IMG/VR virus record: IMGVR_UViG_3300009103_001934
Coordinates: 1-64,000 of that record
From: a virus
Direction: 5' to 3' (one strand)
DNA length: 64,000 nt
Both the position numbers and the translations under genes were made by a program. A model generated the notes under the pieces. That model had not been told where the DNA came from, made no database searches, and saw nothing but the letters and a program-made list of their open reading frames with translations. Shown one piece after another: positions 28,896-37,551 of the stretch. The first letter of the stretch is position 1. The number at the start of each line of letters is the position of its first letter.

Positions 28896-29892
28896 TTTAA
28901 TTTTGGGGGAAGAGATCGCAGGGGTAAATCAAATTTTACCTCATAAGCATAGATTTGCTTGGGACCTTTTTCTTAAAGGTGTAGCAAACAATTGGTCACC
29001 GGCAGAGATTAACATGTCCGAAGATGTTGCTCAGTGGAAGTCGGATTCCCTTAGTAAAGACGAAAAGCTTTTAGTAAAAAGGTGTCTGGGGTTTTTTGCC
29101 GGAAGTGAATCCTTAGTGGGCAATAATTTGCTCCTTACTGTAGCGAAGTGGGTAACAGACCCTGAATGTCGCCAATATATTCTAAGGCAAGCCTACGAAG
29201 AATCACTTCATAATTGGACAGTGGTTACATGTTGCGATTCTTTTTCGTTAAAGGTATCGGACGTATATGAAGCCTACGTTAATATACCTTCGATCAAAGC
29301 GAAGGACGATTTCTTAATGGAGATAACGTCAGATGTTAATAGGCAAGATTTTTCAACAAAATCCGTGGAAGGAAAAAGAGAATTCTTAAGGAACTTGATT
29401 ACCTATTACATAGTTTGTGAAGGAACATTTTTCTTTAGTGGTTTTGCTATGTTGCTGGCCTTAGGGAGACAAAACAAATTGCCGGGACTATCAGATCAAA
29501 TCAGGTATACGCTTAGGGACGAAAGTTTACATATAGAATTTGGAACTTATTTAATTAACACAATCAAAGAGCAATACCCATCGGTGTGGACAAAAAAGTT
29601 TGAAGAAGAGACTGTGGACAATATTAAAAAAGCGGTAGAGCTTGAAATAGCCTACTCGCATGACGTGCTTCCACGAGGTATACTTGGCTTAAATGCAGAT
29701 ATGTTTGTTGACTATATGCAGTACATAGGTAATCGCAGGTTCGAAGGGATCGGCATAGATTTTCGTTTTGATAGCGACAACAATCCATTTCCATGGCTAT
29801 CTGAGGTAGTTGATACCGGAGCGATGACAAACTTTTTTGAAAGGAAGGTAAAGGATTACCAAAATTCTGGCATGCTGGAAGATGATTTTTGA
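28879..29892 (+). CDS. nrdB: Ribonucleotide reductase beta subunit, class Ic-like (R2c)
   Basis: GFFAGSESLVGNN, QAYEESLH, CEGTFFFSGF, RDESLH, NFFERKV.DY; Glu first ligand, Val at the radical-Tyr position. Confidence 0.95.
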   Translation: MSNKTNLILGEEIAGVNQILPHKHRFAWDLFLKGVANNWSPAEINMSEDVAQWKSDSLSKDEKLLVKRCLGFFAGSESLVGNNLLLTVAKWVTDPECRQYILRQAYEESLHNWTVVTCCDSFSLKVSDVYEAYVNIPSIKAKDDFLMEITSDVNRQDFSTKSVEGKREFLRNLITYYIVCEGTFFFSGFAMLLALGRQNKLPGLSDQIRYTLRDESLHIEFGTYLINTIKEQYPSVWTKKFEEETVDNIKKAVELEIAYSHDVLPRGILGLNADMFVDYMQYIGNRRFEGIGIDFRFDSDNNPFPWLSEVVDTGAMTNFFERKVKDYQNSGMLEDDF

Positions 29893-29893
29893 A

Positions 29894-30940
29894 ATGAAAG
29901 TATTAATAACAGGAATTCTTGGGCAGGACGGCGCGAACATGGCGGAGTTCCTGTTGAGACATACAGATCACCAAGTTTACGGAATGATGCGCAGAGTAGC
30001 GACACCCAACTTCGCAAACATAGCTTCCTTTAAGCGTAATCTTCGGTTCAATTTAGTTTACGGAGACCTTACGGATGAAGTTAGCCTAAACGAGCTAGTT
30101 AAATCTATTAAACCAGATTATTTTATTAATTTTGGAGCGAATAGCTTTGTGGGGTGCAGCTGGGACATGCCGGTTCATATGTTTGACGTGAATACTTTGG
30201 GAGTTATCAGGTGTCTAGAAGCGATTAAAAATTTCCAGCCAAAATGCAGATTTTACAGCGCGGGAAGCAGTGAACAATTCGGTAATGTGGACTACTCTCC
30301 ACAGGATATGAAACATCCCATGAAGCCCCGGAGTCCTTACGGAGCATCGAAGTGCGCCGCGAATCATGTAGTAAAAGTTTATCGAGAGTCTTACGACCTG
30401 TACGCAGTGCACGGAATACTATTTAATCACGAGGGGACGAAGAGAGGGGAGGAGTTTGTAACTAGAAAAATCTCTAAAGGGGTAGCGAGAATATACCATA
30501 GTGGCGCTTCCGAATTTGATCCGATCGAGTTGGGGAACCTAGATGCAAAAAGGGATTGGAGCGATAGTGAAGACTTTGTAAGGGGCGTTTGGTTAATGCT
30601 GGATCAAGACGAACCGATGGATTATGTACTAGCTAGCGGAGAGATGCACTCCATCAGAGAGTTCGTGGAAAAAGCTTTTAGCGCGGCAGGAATAAATGGG
30701 CGATGGGAAGGAGAAGGGTTAGATGAAGTATACGTAAAAGAAGGTAGCGGTAAGGAAGTTTTAGTTAAAATTAACCAACAATTTTACAGGCCCGCTGAAG
30801 TGGAGCAGTTAATGGGCGACCCGACAGAGGCTAAAGAAAATTTAGGCTGGACCCCAGAAGGGAATATAGACTCTCTCGTTGAGAAGATGGTAAAGCATGA
30901 TGTTAAACTGCAAGACAAAAACGAAGACGGATTATCATAG
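29894..30940 (+). CDS. gmd: GDP-mannose 4,6-dehydratase
   Basis: LITGILGQDG, PRSPYGASK, GILFNHEG, LGNLDAKRDW, YRPAEVEQL.GDP. Confidence 0.95.
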   Translation: MKVLITGILGQDGANMAEFLLRHTDHQVYGMMRRVATPNFANIASFKRNLRFNLVYGDLTDEVSLNELVKSIKPDYFINFGANSFVGCSWDMPVHMFDVNTLGVIRCLEAIKNFQPKCRFYSAGSSEQFGNVDYSPQDMKHPMKPRSPYGASKCAANHVVKVYRESYDLYAVHGILFNHEGTKRGEEFVTRKISKGVARIYHSGASEFDPIELGNLDAKRDWSDSEDFVRGVWLMLDQDEPMDYVLASGEMHSIREFVEKAFSAAGINGRWEGEGLDEVYVKEGSGKEVLVKINQQFYRPAEVEQLMGDPTEAKENLGWTPEGNIDSLVEKMVKHDVKLQDKNEDGLS

Positions 30941-31268
30941 GTTAATTGTTAGTCAGTTTTGTGAGTACGAAAAGGGAACTTACGGAGCGAAATTGAACGA
31001 AGCAGTGAAAGCTTACGCGGTTAATCCCGACCCCGAGTTTTGGGACTGGATGTTTATAAATTGCAGTCTCAAGGTAAATTGTCCATCTTATTTTACAACG
31101 CCAGAGGGTATAGAATTTATTGTAAACAAAAAAAAGTTGATGAACATGAACTATAAAGCAGTATTGACAAACGTAGAACTTTATGGTAAATTGGGTGAAG
31201 ATAAAGAGATCAAAAAGAAAAAGGGTCTCTTAGATTTTATAAGAGATGGCGAAAAAGAAGGCAGTTAG
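30897..31268 (+). CDS. Hypothetical protein
   Basis: Open frame overlapping gmd and recA; start uncertain. Confidence 0.55.
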   Translation: MMLNCKTKTKTDYHRLIVSQFCEYEKGTYGAKLNEAVKAYAVNPDPEFWDWMFINCSLKVNCPSYFTTPEGIEFIVNKKKLMNMNYKAVLTNVELYGKLGEDKEIKKKKGLLDFIRDGEKEGS

Positions 31269-32340
31269 TTCTAACACATCTCCCCAACAGCAAATTCAAG
31301 CATATCTTGAGCAGCACAAGGGGGATCATTATAACTTTGAAGAGGAGAGGACATATAGCGTGTCTAGTGGTAGCCTACTACTAGACATCGAAATGGGCGG
31401 GGGAATAAAGCCCGGGATTGTTAGAGCTTCTGGGGTGTCCGAGGGTGGCAAAACGTCCTGCGCGCTCGCTTTCGCGCGGAACTTTCAAAAAATGGATAAC
31501 TCTATGGTTATTTATATCAAAGCTGAAGGTAGGCTTTCCGCAGAGATGGTAGAAAGATCAGGAGTAAATACAAATGAAGATAAATGGTTTGTTTTTAAAT
31601 GTAATGTATATGAAGCTGTTATTGATTTCATGCGCCAGATGGTTAAGGACAATCCCTCTGACACAAGATACATGTTTATTATTGATTGCATGGACGCTTT
31701 GGTACCTAGGGGTGATTTAGAGAAGGGCGCGGACGAAGCGATTAAGGTCGCGGGAGGCTCGCTACTTAGCTCTGATTTTTTAAAGCGCATGGCCCTAGGA
31801 TTAGGTACGAGAGGTCATATTTGTTATATGATTTCTCAGGTCAGGACGAAGGTCTCCATTAATCCTTACGAAAAATCTGACCCGCGACTAACTAACGCTT
31901 CAGGAGGAAATGCCATGTTACACTACAGTGATTGGATTTTAGAATTTCAGCCTCGCTGGAACAAAGACTTAATAACCACGCAACCTAATGGTAAAGGTGA
32001 GCAATTAGGTCACTGGTGTAAGGTGATTTTTAGAAAATCTACTAACGAAAAGACCGGGGTAGAGGTTCGTTATCCTATTCGTTATCGTTCTCAGGCAGGG
32101 AAAAGTATATGGGTAGAATACGAGGTCGTGGATATGCTACTGGCTTGGGACATGGCCAAGGCAAAGGGTGCGTGGGTTACAATATCTGATGAGCTAGTAG
32201 AAGAAGTAAAAAAAGAAGTCAAGCTAGAACTTAAAAAACAGCATCAAGGGATGGATAATTTACGAAAATACTTTGAAGAGAATAAGGAAATAGGTAAATT
32301 TTTATTTAATAAATTTAGAGATGTGTTAAAAAAAGCGTGA
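31246..32340 (+). CDS. recA: RecA-family recombinase
   Basis: VSSGSLLLD..GGG, GVSEGGKTS Walker A variant, IIDCMDALVP, SGGNAMLHYS. Confidence 0.92.
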   Translation: MAKKKAVSSNTSPQQQIQAYLEQHKGDHYNFEEERTYSVSSGSLLLDIEMGGGIKPGIVRASGVSEGGKTSCALAFARNFQKMDNSMVIYIKAEGRLSAEMVERSGVNTNEDKWFVFKCNVYEAVIDFMRQMVKDNPSDTRYMFIIDCMDALVPRGDLEKGADEAIKVAGGSLLSSDFLKRMALGLGTRGHICYMISQVRTKVSINPYEKSDPRLTNASGGNAMLHYSDWILEFQPRWNKDLITTQPNGKGEQLGHWCKVIFRKSTNEKTGVEVRYPIRYRSQAGKSIWVEYEVVDMLLAWDMAKAKGAWVTISDELVEEVKKEVKLELKKQHQGMDNLRKYFEENKEIGKFLFNKFRDVLKKA

Positions 32341-32984
32341 TAAAACTAAAAAAAACTTTTAGGTCTCTCATAGGAGCCGCTGGAGGTACAGATAAAGAAA
32401 AAAATCACCCCTACGGTACTATCTATGATTTAGTTTTTAATCATCAATACCTTCAAAAAGGCGAAGCGATATCCGTGTTAGAGATAGGAGCATCAAAGGG
32501 GGGTTCCATGGTCGCCTACATAGAGCAAGGAGAGCAGTACATAAATAAAATTGTAGGGATAGACATTCAACATAAAGTAAGAAAAGCTTACAGACATAGA
32601 ATAGAGGAAACACCTTATGCGCATGTAGAAATCGGTAATGCGTACACAGATGAGTTTACCAAAGAGATAGAAAAAAAGTATGGTAAATTTGACATAATTA
32701 TTGATGACGGGCCGCATAATTTAATATCTCAAGAGTTTTTTTTACGAGAGTATTATGATTTACTAAATGAAGGAGGAGCCCTTTTAGTCGAAGACGTTGC
32801 GTACGGTCAGCGATCTCTTTCCGGCACCGAGCACTGGCCCATGTTACCGCAGCAGCAGCCATGGCTCGAGGACCTTAAAAAAATTAAAGAGGAGCTTGAT
32901 TTGTACATTATAGACCTAAGACATAACATGACCCGAGATAAGCTTAACGATTCAGTTATTATTTTAAGACACAAACAACCTTGA
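32337..32984 (+). CDS. Class I SAM methyltransferase
   Basis: VLEIGASKGGS, FDIIIDDGPH, GGALLVED. Confidence 0.88.
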   Translation: MIKLKKTFRSLIGAAGGTDKEKNHPYGTIYDLVFNHQYLQKGEAISVLEIGASKGGSMVAYIEQGEQYINKIVGIDIQHKVRKAYRHRIEETPYAHVEIGNAYTDEFTKEIEKKYGKFDIIIDDGPHNLISQEFFLREYYDLLNEGGALLVEDVAYGQRSLSGTEHWPMLPQQQPWLEDLKKIKEELDLYIIDLRHNMTRDKLNDSVIILRHKQP

Positions 32985-33010
32985 CCTTTTGTCACAATAG
33001 TGTATATTAT
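32981..33010 (+). promoter_or_regulatory. Sigma70-type promoter TTGACC...TATATT/TATTAT (also contains GTGTAT)
   Basis: -35 at 32981-32986; -10 at 16 or 18 nt spacing. Confidence 0.55.
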
Positions 33011-33016
33011 ATATGT

Positions 33017-33080
33017 AGGCTCTGACGTTAAATCGCGTAAAAATAGGTGGGGATCAAACACCCCTACTTCGTCAGGGTCT
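33017..33080 (+). ncRNA. Candidate small structured RNA (~64 nt)
   Basis: 11-bp terminal stem (33017-27 with 33070-80, two G-U), inner GGGG-ATCAAACA-CCCC hairpin, starts just after a promoter, followed by a T-rich tract. Confidence 0.4.
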
Positions 33081-33117
33081 CTTTGATTTTTCTTTTACTT
33101 AGTGCTAACTTTACCCC

Positions 33118-33534
33118 GTGAGACTTTATAATATCAAGGGTAAACTGCAGTCTAGGCTAGTTTCCAAGTTTCTTATTGATTGGGATAAAAAGTCTAGGTC
33201 GAAAATCCAGTTCAAAGTCAAACAATTTCTTAAGCCTTATTGGCAAAATCATATAGTTTATGAGGAGTTTCCCGTATACGGAACTCGGCTTAAAGTTGAT
33301 TTATTAAATGCCACTAAGAAGGTGGCTGTTGAAGTCAACGGAAGGCAGCACAGTAGCTTTAATAAATTCTTTCATAATAACTCCCGCGCAGAGTATTTAA
33401 AATCAATAAAAAGAGATGTTGAAAAAGCTAATTGGCTAGAATTAAATGAGTATACCCTTATTGAAATAGAAGAAGATGAAGTTCCTAATCTAGGAAGAGA
33501 ATTTATATTAAAAAATAAGAAAAAGATTATATAA
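33118..33534 (+). CDS. PD-(D/E)XK endonuclease (DUF559/Vsr-like)
   Basis: EEFPVYGTRLKVD, AVEVNGRQH, RD..K..W. Confidence 0.8.
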   Translation: MRLYNIKGKLQSRLVSKFLIDWDKKSRSKIQFKVKQFLKPYWQNHIVYEEFPVYGTRLKVDLLNATKKVAVEVNGRQHSSFNKFFHNNSRAEYLKSIKRDVEKANWLELNEYTLIEIEEDEVPNLGREFILKNKKKII

Positions 33535-33546
33535 TAGAGATATCCT

Positions 33547-36500
33547 ATGCCATGTACTAAATCCAGTGTATTAGTTTTTAAGGTTACGTTCAGATGCGAC
33601 TTGGGCGCAGATAACACTGGCGGCTGGGTCATGGCTGGGAATAATAGTTGCCAAGACTGTGATAACAATACCGTTGGCAACCTTACAGATCATGCAGAGG
33701 TTAGTTATGTTGGTAGCACCTGCACAAGCCAAGCGACGAATACTTGGGTAGTAGCCGCGATTAATGACCCCGATTTCCCTGCGGGTACATTTACATCTAA
33801 CTCCGGAGTAGAACAGGACTATATATTTAGACTATCTCACTACACGGATGGCGGGGGAAATTTAGGTTCGATCATAGGTAACTGTACCACGGATCCTTAT
33901 TCGGGTGATTGTGTAGATGTAACAGGGAATACTTGTGAGTCAAGCAGGGCTTGCGATTTTGTAAAGAGAGCGTTCGTTGACGGAGAGTACTCCTTACCAG
34001 CCATCACGGAGGCATTTAGGATTGCTCGTGGTTGCGGAACACACACGGCTACAGCCACAGTAAGTGAGACGCCAACGTTAACAGCTACAGCCACGATAAG
34101 CGAAACGCCGACGTTGACGTCTACAGCGACAGCAACATCTACAGTAAGTTACACTCCGACGTTTACGGCGACAGATACAGGAACATTCACAGCCACCTCG
34201 ACCCTAAGCGAAACGCCGACGTTTACGGCGACAGCAACAAGCTCATTCACGGGAACAGCGACATCGACCGTGTCTGATACATTAACGTCTACAGCGACAG
34301 CGACAGCAACAAGTTCATTCACGGCAACTTCCTCAGATACCGCGACAGCGACTGGAACCTTCACTTCTACAGCTACTTCGACAGTATCCGAAACGCCCAC
34401 GATGACCGCTACGGCTACGTCGACAGTCTCGAACAGCCCAACGGCCACAGCAACAGCGGTTTCGGGCCCAAGAGTAAAGGTAATTCTTTGTTCGGATGTA
34501 TATGACGGAAATTTCACTAATTTTAAGTATCTTGCTTACGATGCGGAAAGTAATAACGCAATCACTCAGCGTCTAAAGGCGGATAGAGGCGCGAACTTCA
34601 ATACCCCGGCGAGGTGGGGTAGAGCCATTCATGCAGATGACGGAAACTGCTATTACGTAGTCAGTTTGGCGGCCACACAGTTATCAGTCGGCGGCGTCGG
34701 TGGGATCACCGTTCATGCTGGTTGGGCGCTGGAGTCATCCATAGTCAGCGGCAAAACAGCCCATAAGTGGTGGCTTGAACTCGGGCATTTTGGCCCCAAT
34801 ATTAGTGCAGTTTCGACAATTTCTAACGCAAACCAAATTTCTAGTACGGGATTTACATCTTCAGGCTCAGCAGGGTCTGGTAGCCATTCCGGTTGGAGTG
34901 GGGTCTTTGGTCACGTCGGCAAAAACGATTGGCAGATGAGGCTCGACTGTCCGCCACAACAAGATTGCGCCTACTGGCTATGTGATCCATCTAGATCAGG
35001 TTTAAATTGTGGAGCCACAGGGACCGCTACGGCAACAGCAACTGAAACGACAACATTCACAGCCACTTCGACCCTAAGCGAAACGCCGACGTTGACGTTG
35101 ACGGCGACAGCAACATCAAGTTTAAGCGAAACATTCACCGCTACATCTTCAGCTACGGTAACAGCCACAGCTACATCGACCTTAAGCGCAACGCCTTCGA
35201 CTACAGGGACAACGACAGCTACAGCAACAGTAAGCGACACAGCAACGTCAACAGTTTCAGCGACAGCAACAAGCTCATTCACGGCAACAGCGACTTCAAG
35301 CCTTACTCCTACGATGACAGCTACGGCAACAGCCACAGCTACATCTACAGAGATGCTTAAGCCCGTTTATGTCTGCCTAGCTATCTTGCCAAAATGTGGG
35401 CACGGCGGTAACCTAGGCGCAGGCAGCATCCATAATGATCACGCAGTAATAGCTATGCATCCGTCTTTTCCGAACGGAAATATGGACATGTCCTCTTGGG
35501 AAGCGTGGAACAAAGAAAGCGGCACTTATGTTTCTACGCCCAAATACGTTATTGAAGCGGAACATTTGGAACCGTCTTTCAATCAAGAGTGTTACCAGAT
35601 GCATTACCCACCGGGCGCGGGTGACCCAGCGGGAGGTTTTGATGCTAGAGTTTTTGAGTTTGACCTTACTGAATGGGTTAGAAATGGTGAATCAAATATT
35701 AATGATGCGCTGATGTTCACTCAGCCGCTTGGAGGCCACGGACTAGGTATGGCGTTTCGTGATGAGGTAGATGGACGAGGCGGGAGAAGGCGCCTCCGCC
35801 GCGGCGAACAAAAGGTCCGTGCTAGCCGAAACCCGGCGGCTATCGCAGTTTTACAAGCATGGCTGAGCCGGATTGGTGGATCTGTGTCGACGTTTACAAC
35901 GTATATAGATTCTCTAGCCGTCGCTGATCGAACGAAACATAAAACGGGTTGTCAATCTTGCGCTGGAGGGACGATAGCAAAACCCAAGCTTACTGTCCAA
36001 TTTGGTGCGCAAGATCCCATAACGACTAATTGGAACGTTTCGGATTACGATACCGTCTGCGCTGGCGGATCCGACTGTGACGGAATAGCTTCGCCTAAGA
36101 TCACCAACGCGTCACAAGGTAAATCGAACGTAGAAGAAACAAATGAGGACACAGCATTCATGGCGGGTCTTCAGATAACATTAAATAATAGCAATAGTTC
36201 GACTGAAGTCTCAAATAAATATGGCATCTCGTGGGTATGTGAAGGTTTTGCTATTTCCCATAATGCGCCAGAGGGATGGTCATTTCCCAGTGACGTAATA
36301 GCTGGCGTCTCTAAGTACGATATATTACCCAAAACAACAATCTCCAGTCGGGGCGCTTCTAACCCGGAGAGTATATTTCATGAGCCTAATATTAGCAAAA
36401 CCCGGAATCCTCTGACCGGCAGATCACCGTCGGACAAACATATCGGCTCAGGAGCAGAAGCGATTAATAACGAGTATGGAGCCGACTTGAGCGAAGAGGC

Positions 36501-37455
36501 TATTCAAACTCCGGAGCAAAGCCTTATTTCAGAGAATCTTTCTTGGAAGTTAGCCGCGAAAAATTCCATAAGGTACGAATTTAGAGCTGAACAAGTGGTT
36601 CACCCCTGCCCCGGCAGCGCCTCGCTTACTATTGACAAGAACAAAGGCTGCGCTCATGAACAAACTTTTACCGCCCGTAGCATTTCAAAACAGCAAGATT
36701 ATAATTTTGTTCTGTCTATGAAAGATTCGTATACTTCCGCGACCACCAACATAATGCGCACGCCCAAGGTCAGTACAGACAACACATGGGATCTAGCGCA
36801 GATAAAAGCGGCAGAATATGTGCACGATATAGGTAATTTGGCTGATTTAATTGGCGCTGCGGGTAGTTCGGCAATTACTGATGACTATCCATTTACTTTT
36901 TTTATTAAGAATAACGGCATAGGTTCGTTGGGTTTTCCCAAGCACGACCGGATCAACTCAAGCTTAATGGGTAATATTACAGTTGACGGTATGCAGTTTA
37001 AAGTCAATTACGCGGATCCGGGTGATAACACTTTTGGGATAGTAGTGGCTCGCTCAACGGATATGGGCACATCATGGCAGAGAGTATCAAGAGCAGACCA
37101 AAATAAAGTTTGGGGATCAATATCCCTAACTAATGGCTTTGCTACTGCCGGCCGCGCAAATTGGGTTACGGCTGGGCAGAGAACGGTAAGATGGCGAATG
37201 ACCACCACTGAAAGTTTTAGTTTTAATTTGAACCCCAAGAAAATGTTAACCGATAGTTCGCCGCTGTCTGTGGGAGACTATAGGCTATACGTTATTCTCG
37301 GTTTGTATAATGCCATGGCGGGGACAACACCAGACGCCGTACCTGTTTCAGTTGTTCCAGTAGTGATAAAATGGAGTATTCCTTCGGATTATGCGCGCTC
37401 GAGTCAACAAGAAGTACCTGTATATAGTCGAAGCACTACCAGACGTAGGAGGTGA
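33547..37455 (+). CDS. Giant orphan protein, 1302 aa, Cys-rich modules separated by Thr/Ala-rich mucin-like tracts
   Basis: ORF track; no recognisable enzyme motif; no signal peptide seen. Confidence 0.85.
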   Translation: MPCTKSSVLVFKVTFRCDLGADNTGGWVMAGNNSCQDCDNNTVGNLTDHAEVSYVGSTCTSQATNTWVVAAINDPDFPAGTFTSNSGVEQDYIFRLSHYTDGGGNLGSIIGNCTTDPYSGDCVDVTGNTCESSRACDFVKRAFVDGEYSLPAITEAFRIARGCGTHTATATVSETPTLTATATISETPTLTSTATATSTVSYTPTFTATDTGTFTATSTLSETPTFTATATSSFTGTATSTVSDTLTSTATATATSSFTATSSDTATATGTFTSTATSTVSETPTMTATATSTVSNSPTATATAVSGPRVKVILCSDVYDGNFTNFKYLAYDAESNNAITQRLKADRGANFNTPARWGRAIHADDGNCYYVVSLAATQLSVGGVGGITVHAGWALESSIVSGKTAHKWWLELGHFGPNISAVSTISNANQISSTGFTSSGSAGSGSHSGWSGVFGHVGKNDWQMRLDCPPQQDCAYWLCDPSRSGLNCGATGTATATATETTTFTATSTLSETPTLTLTATATSSLSETFTATSSATVTATATSTLSATPSTTGTTTATATVSDTATSTVSATATSSFTATATSSLTPTMTATATATATSTEMLKPVYVCLAILPKCGHGGNLGAGSIHNDHAVIAMHPSFPNGNMDMSSWEAWNKESGTYVSTPKYVIEAEHLEPSFNQECYQMHYPPGAGDPAGGFDARVFEFDLTEWVRNGESNINDALMFTQPLGGHGLGMAFRDEVDGRGGRRRLRRGEQKVRASRNPAAIAVLQAWLSRIGGSVSTFTTYIDSLAVADRTKHKTGCQSCAGGTIAKPKLTVQFGAQDPITTNWNVSDYDTVCAGGSDCDGIASPKITNASQGKSNVEETNEDTAFMAGLQITLNNSNSSTEVSNKYGISWVCEGFAISHNAPEGWSFPSDVIAGVSKYDILPKTTISSRGASNPESIFHEPNISKTRNPLTGRSPSDKHIGSGAEAINNEYGADLSEEAIQTPEQSLISENLSWKLAAKNSIRYEFRAEQVVHPCPGSASLTIDKNKGCAHEQTFTARSISKQQDYNFVLSMKDSYTSATTNIMRTPKVSTDNTWDLAQIKAAEYVHDIGNLADLIGAAGSSAITDDYPFTFFIKNNGIGSLGFPKHDRINSSLMGNITVDGMQFKVNYADPGDNTFGIVVARSTDMGTSWQRVSRADQNKVWGSISLTNGFATAGRANWVTAGQRTVRWRMTTTESFSFNLNPKKMLTDSSPLSVGDYRLYVILGLYNAMAGTTPDAVPVSVVPVVIKWSIPSDYARSSQQEVPVYSRSTTRRRR
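34039..34464 (+). repeat. Thr/Ala/Ser low-complexity repeat block 1 (TATAT.SETPT units)
   Basis: Direct reading; degenerate tandem units at DNA and protein level. Confidence 0.9.
35014..35349 (+). repeat. Thr/Ala/Ser low-complexity repeat block 2
   Basis: Shares a 41-bp near-identical segment (34183-34223 vs 35053-35093, one mismatch) with block 1. Confidence 0.9.
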
Positions 37456-37520
37456 TGATAATAAAGAATCCCCGAAAACCCCCCCAATAACATTAAAAAG
37501 GTTGAAGGTGAGCTAATAGA

Positions 37521-37526
37521 GTGTAA
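37521..37526 (+). promoter_or_regulatory. GTGTAA putative late-promoter motif
   Basis: 25 nt upstream of ATG 37552, the same spacing as at the tail genes. Confidence 0.45.
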
Positions 37527-37551
37527 AAATAAGTGACCATTCGAGTCAGTT

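Noticed and set aside
33897-35336. Antisense Val/Ala-rich ORFs (33897-34094, 34149-34517, 34971-35336)
   Set aside because: These are mirror frames of the Thr/Ala codon repeats (ACN GCN read backwards), not independent genes.
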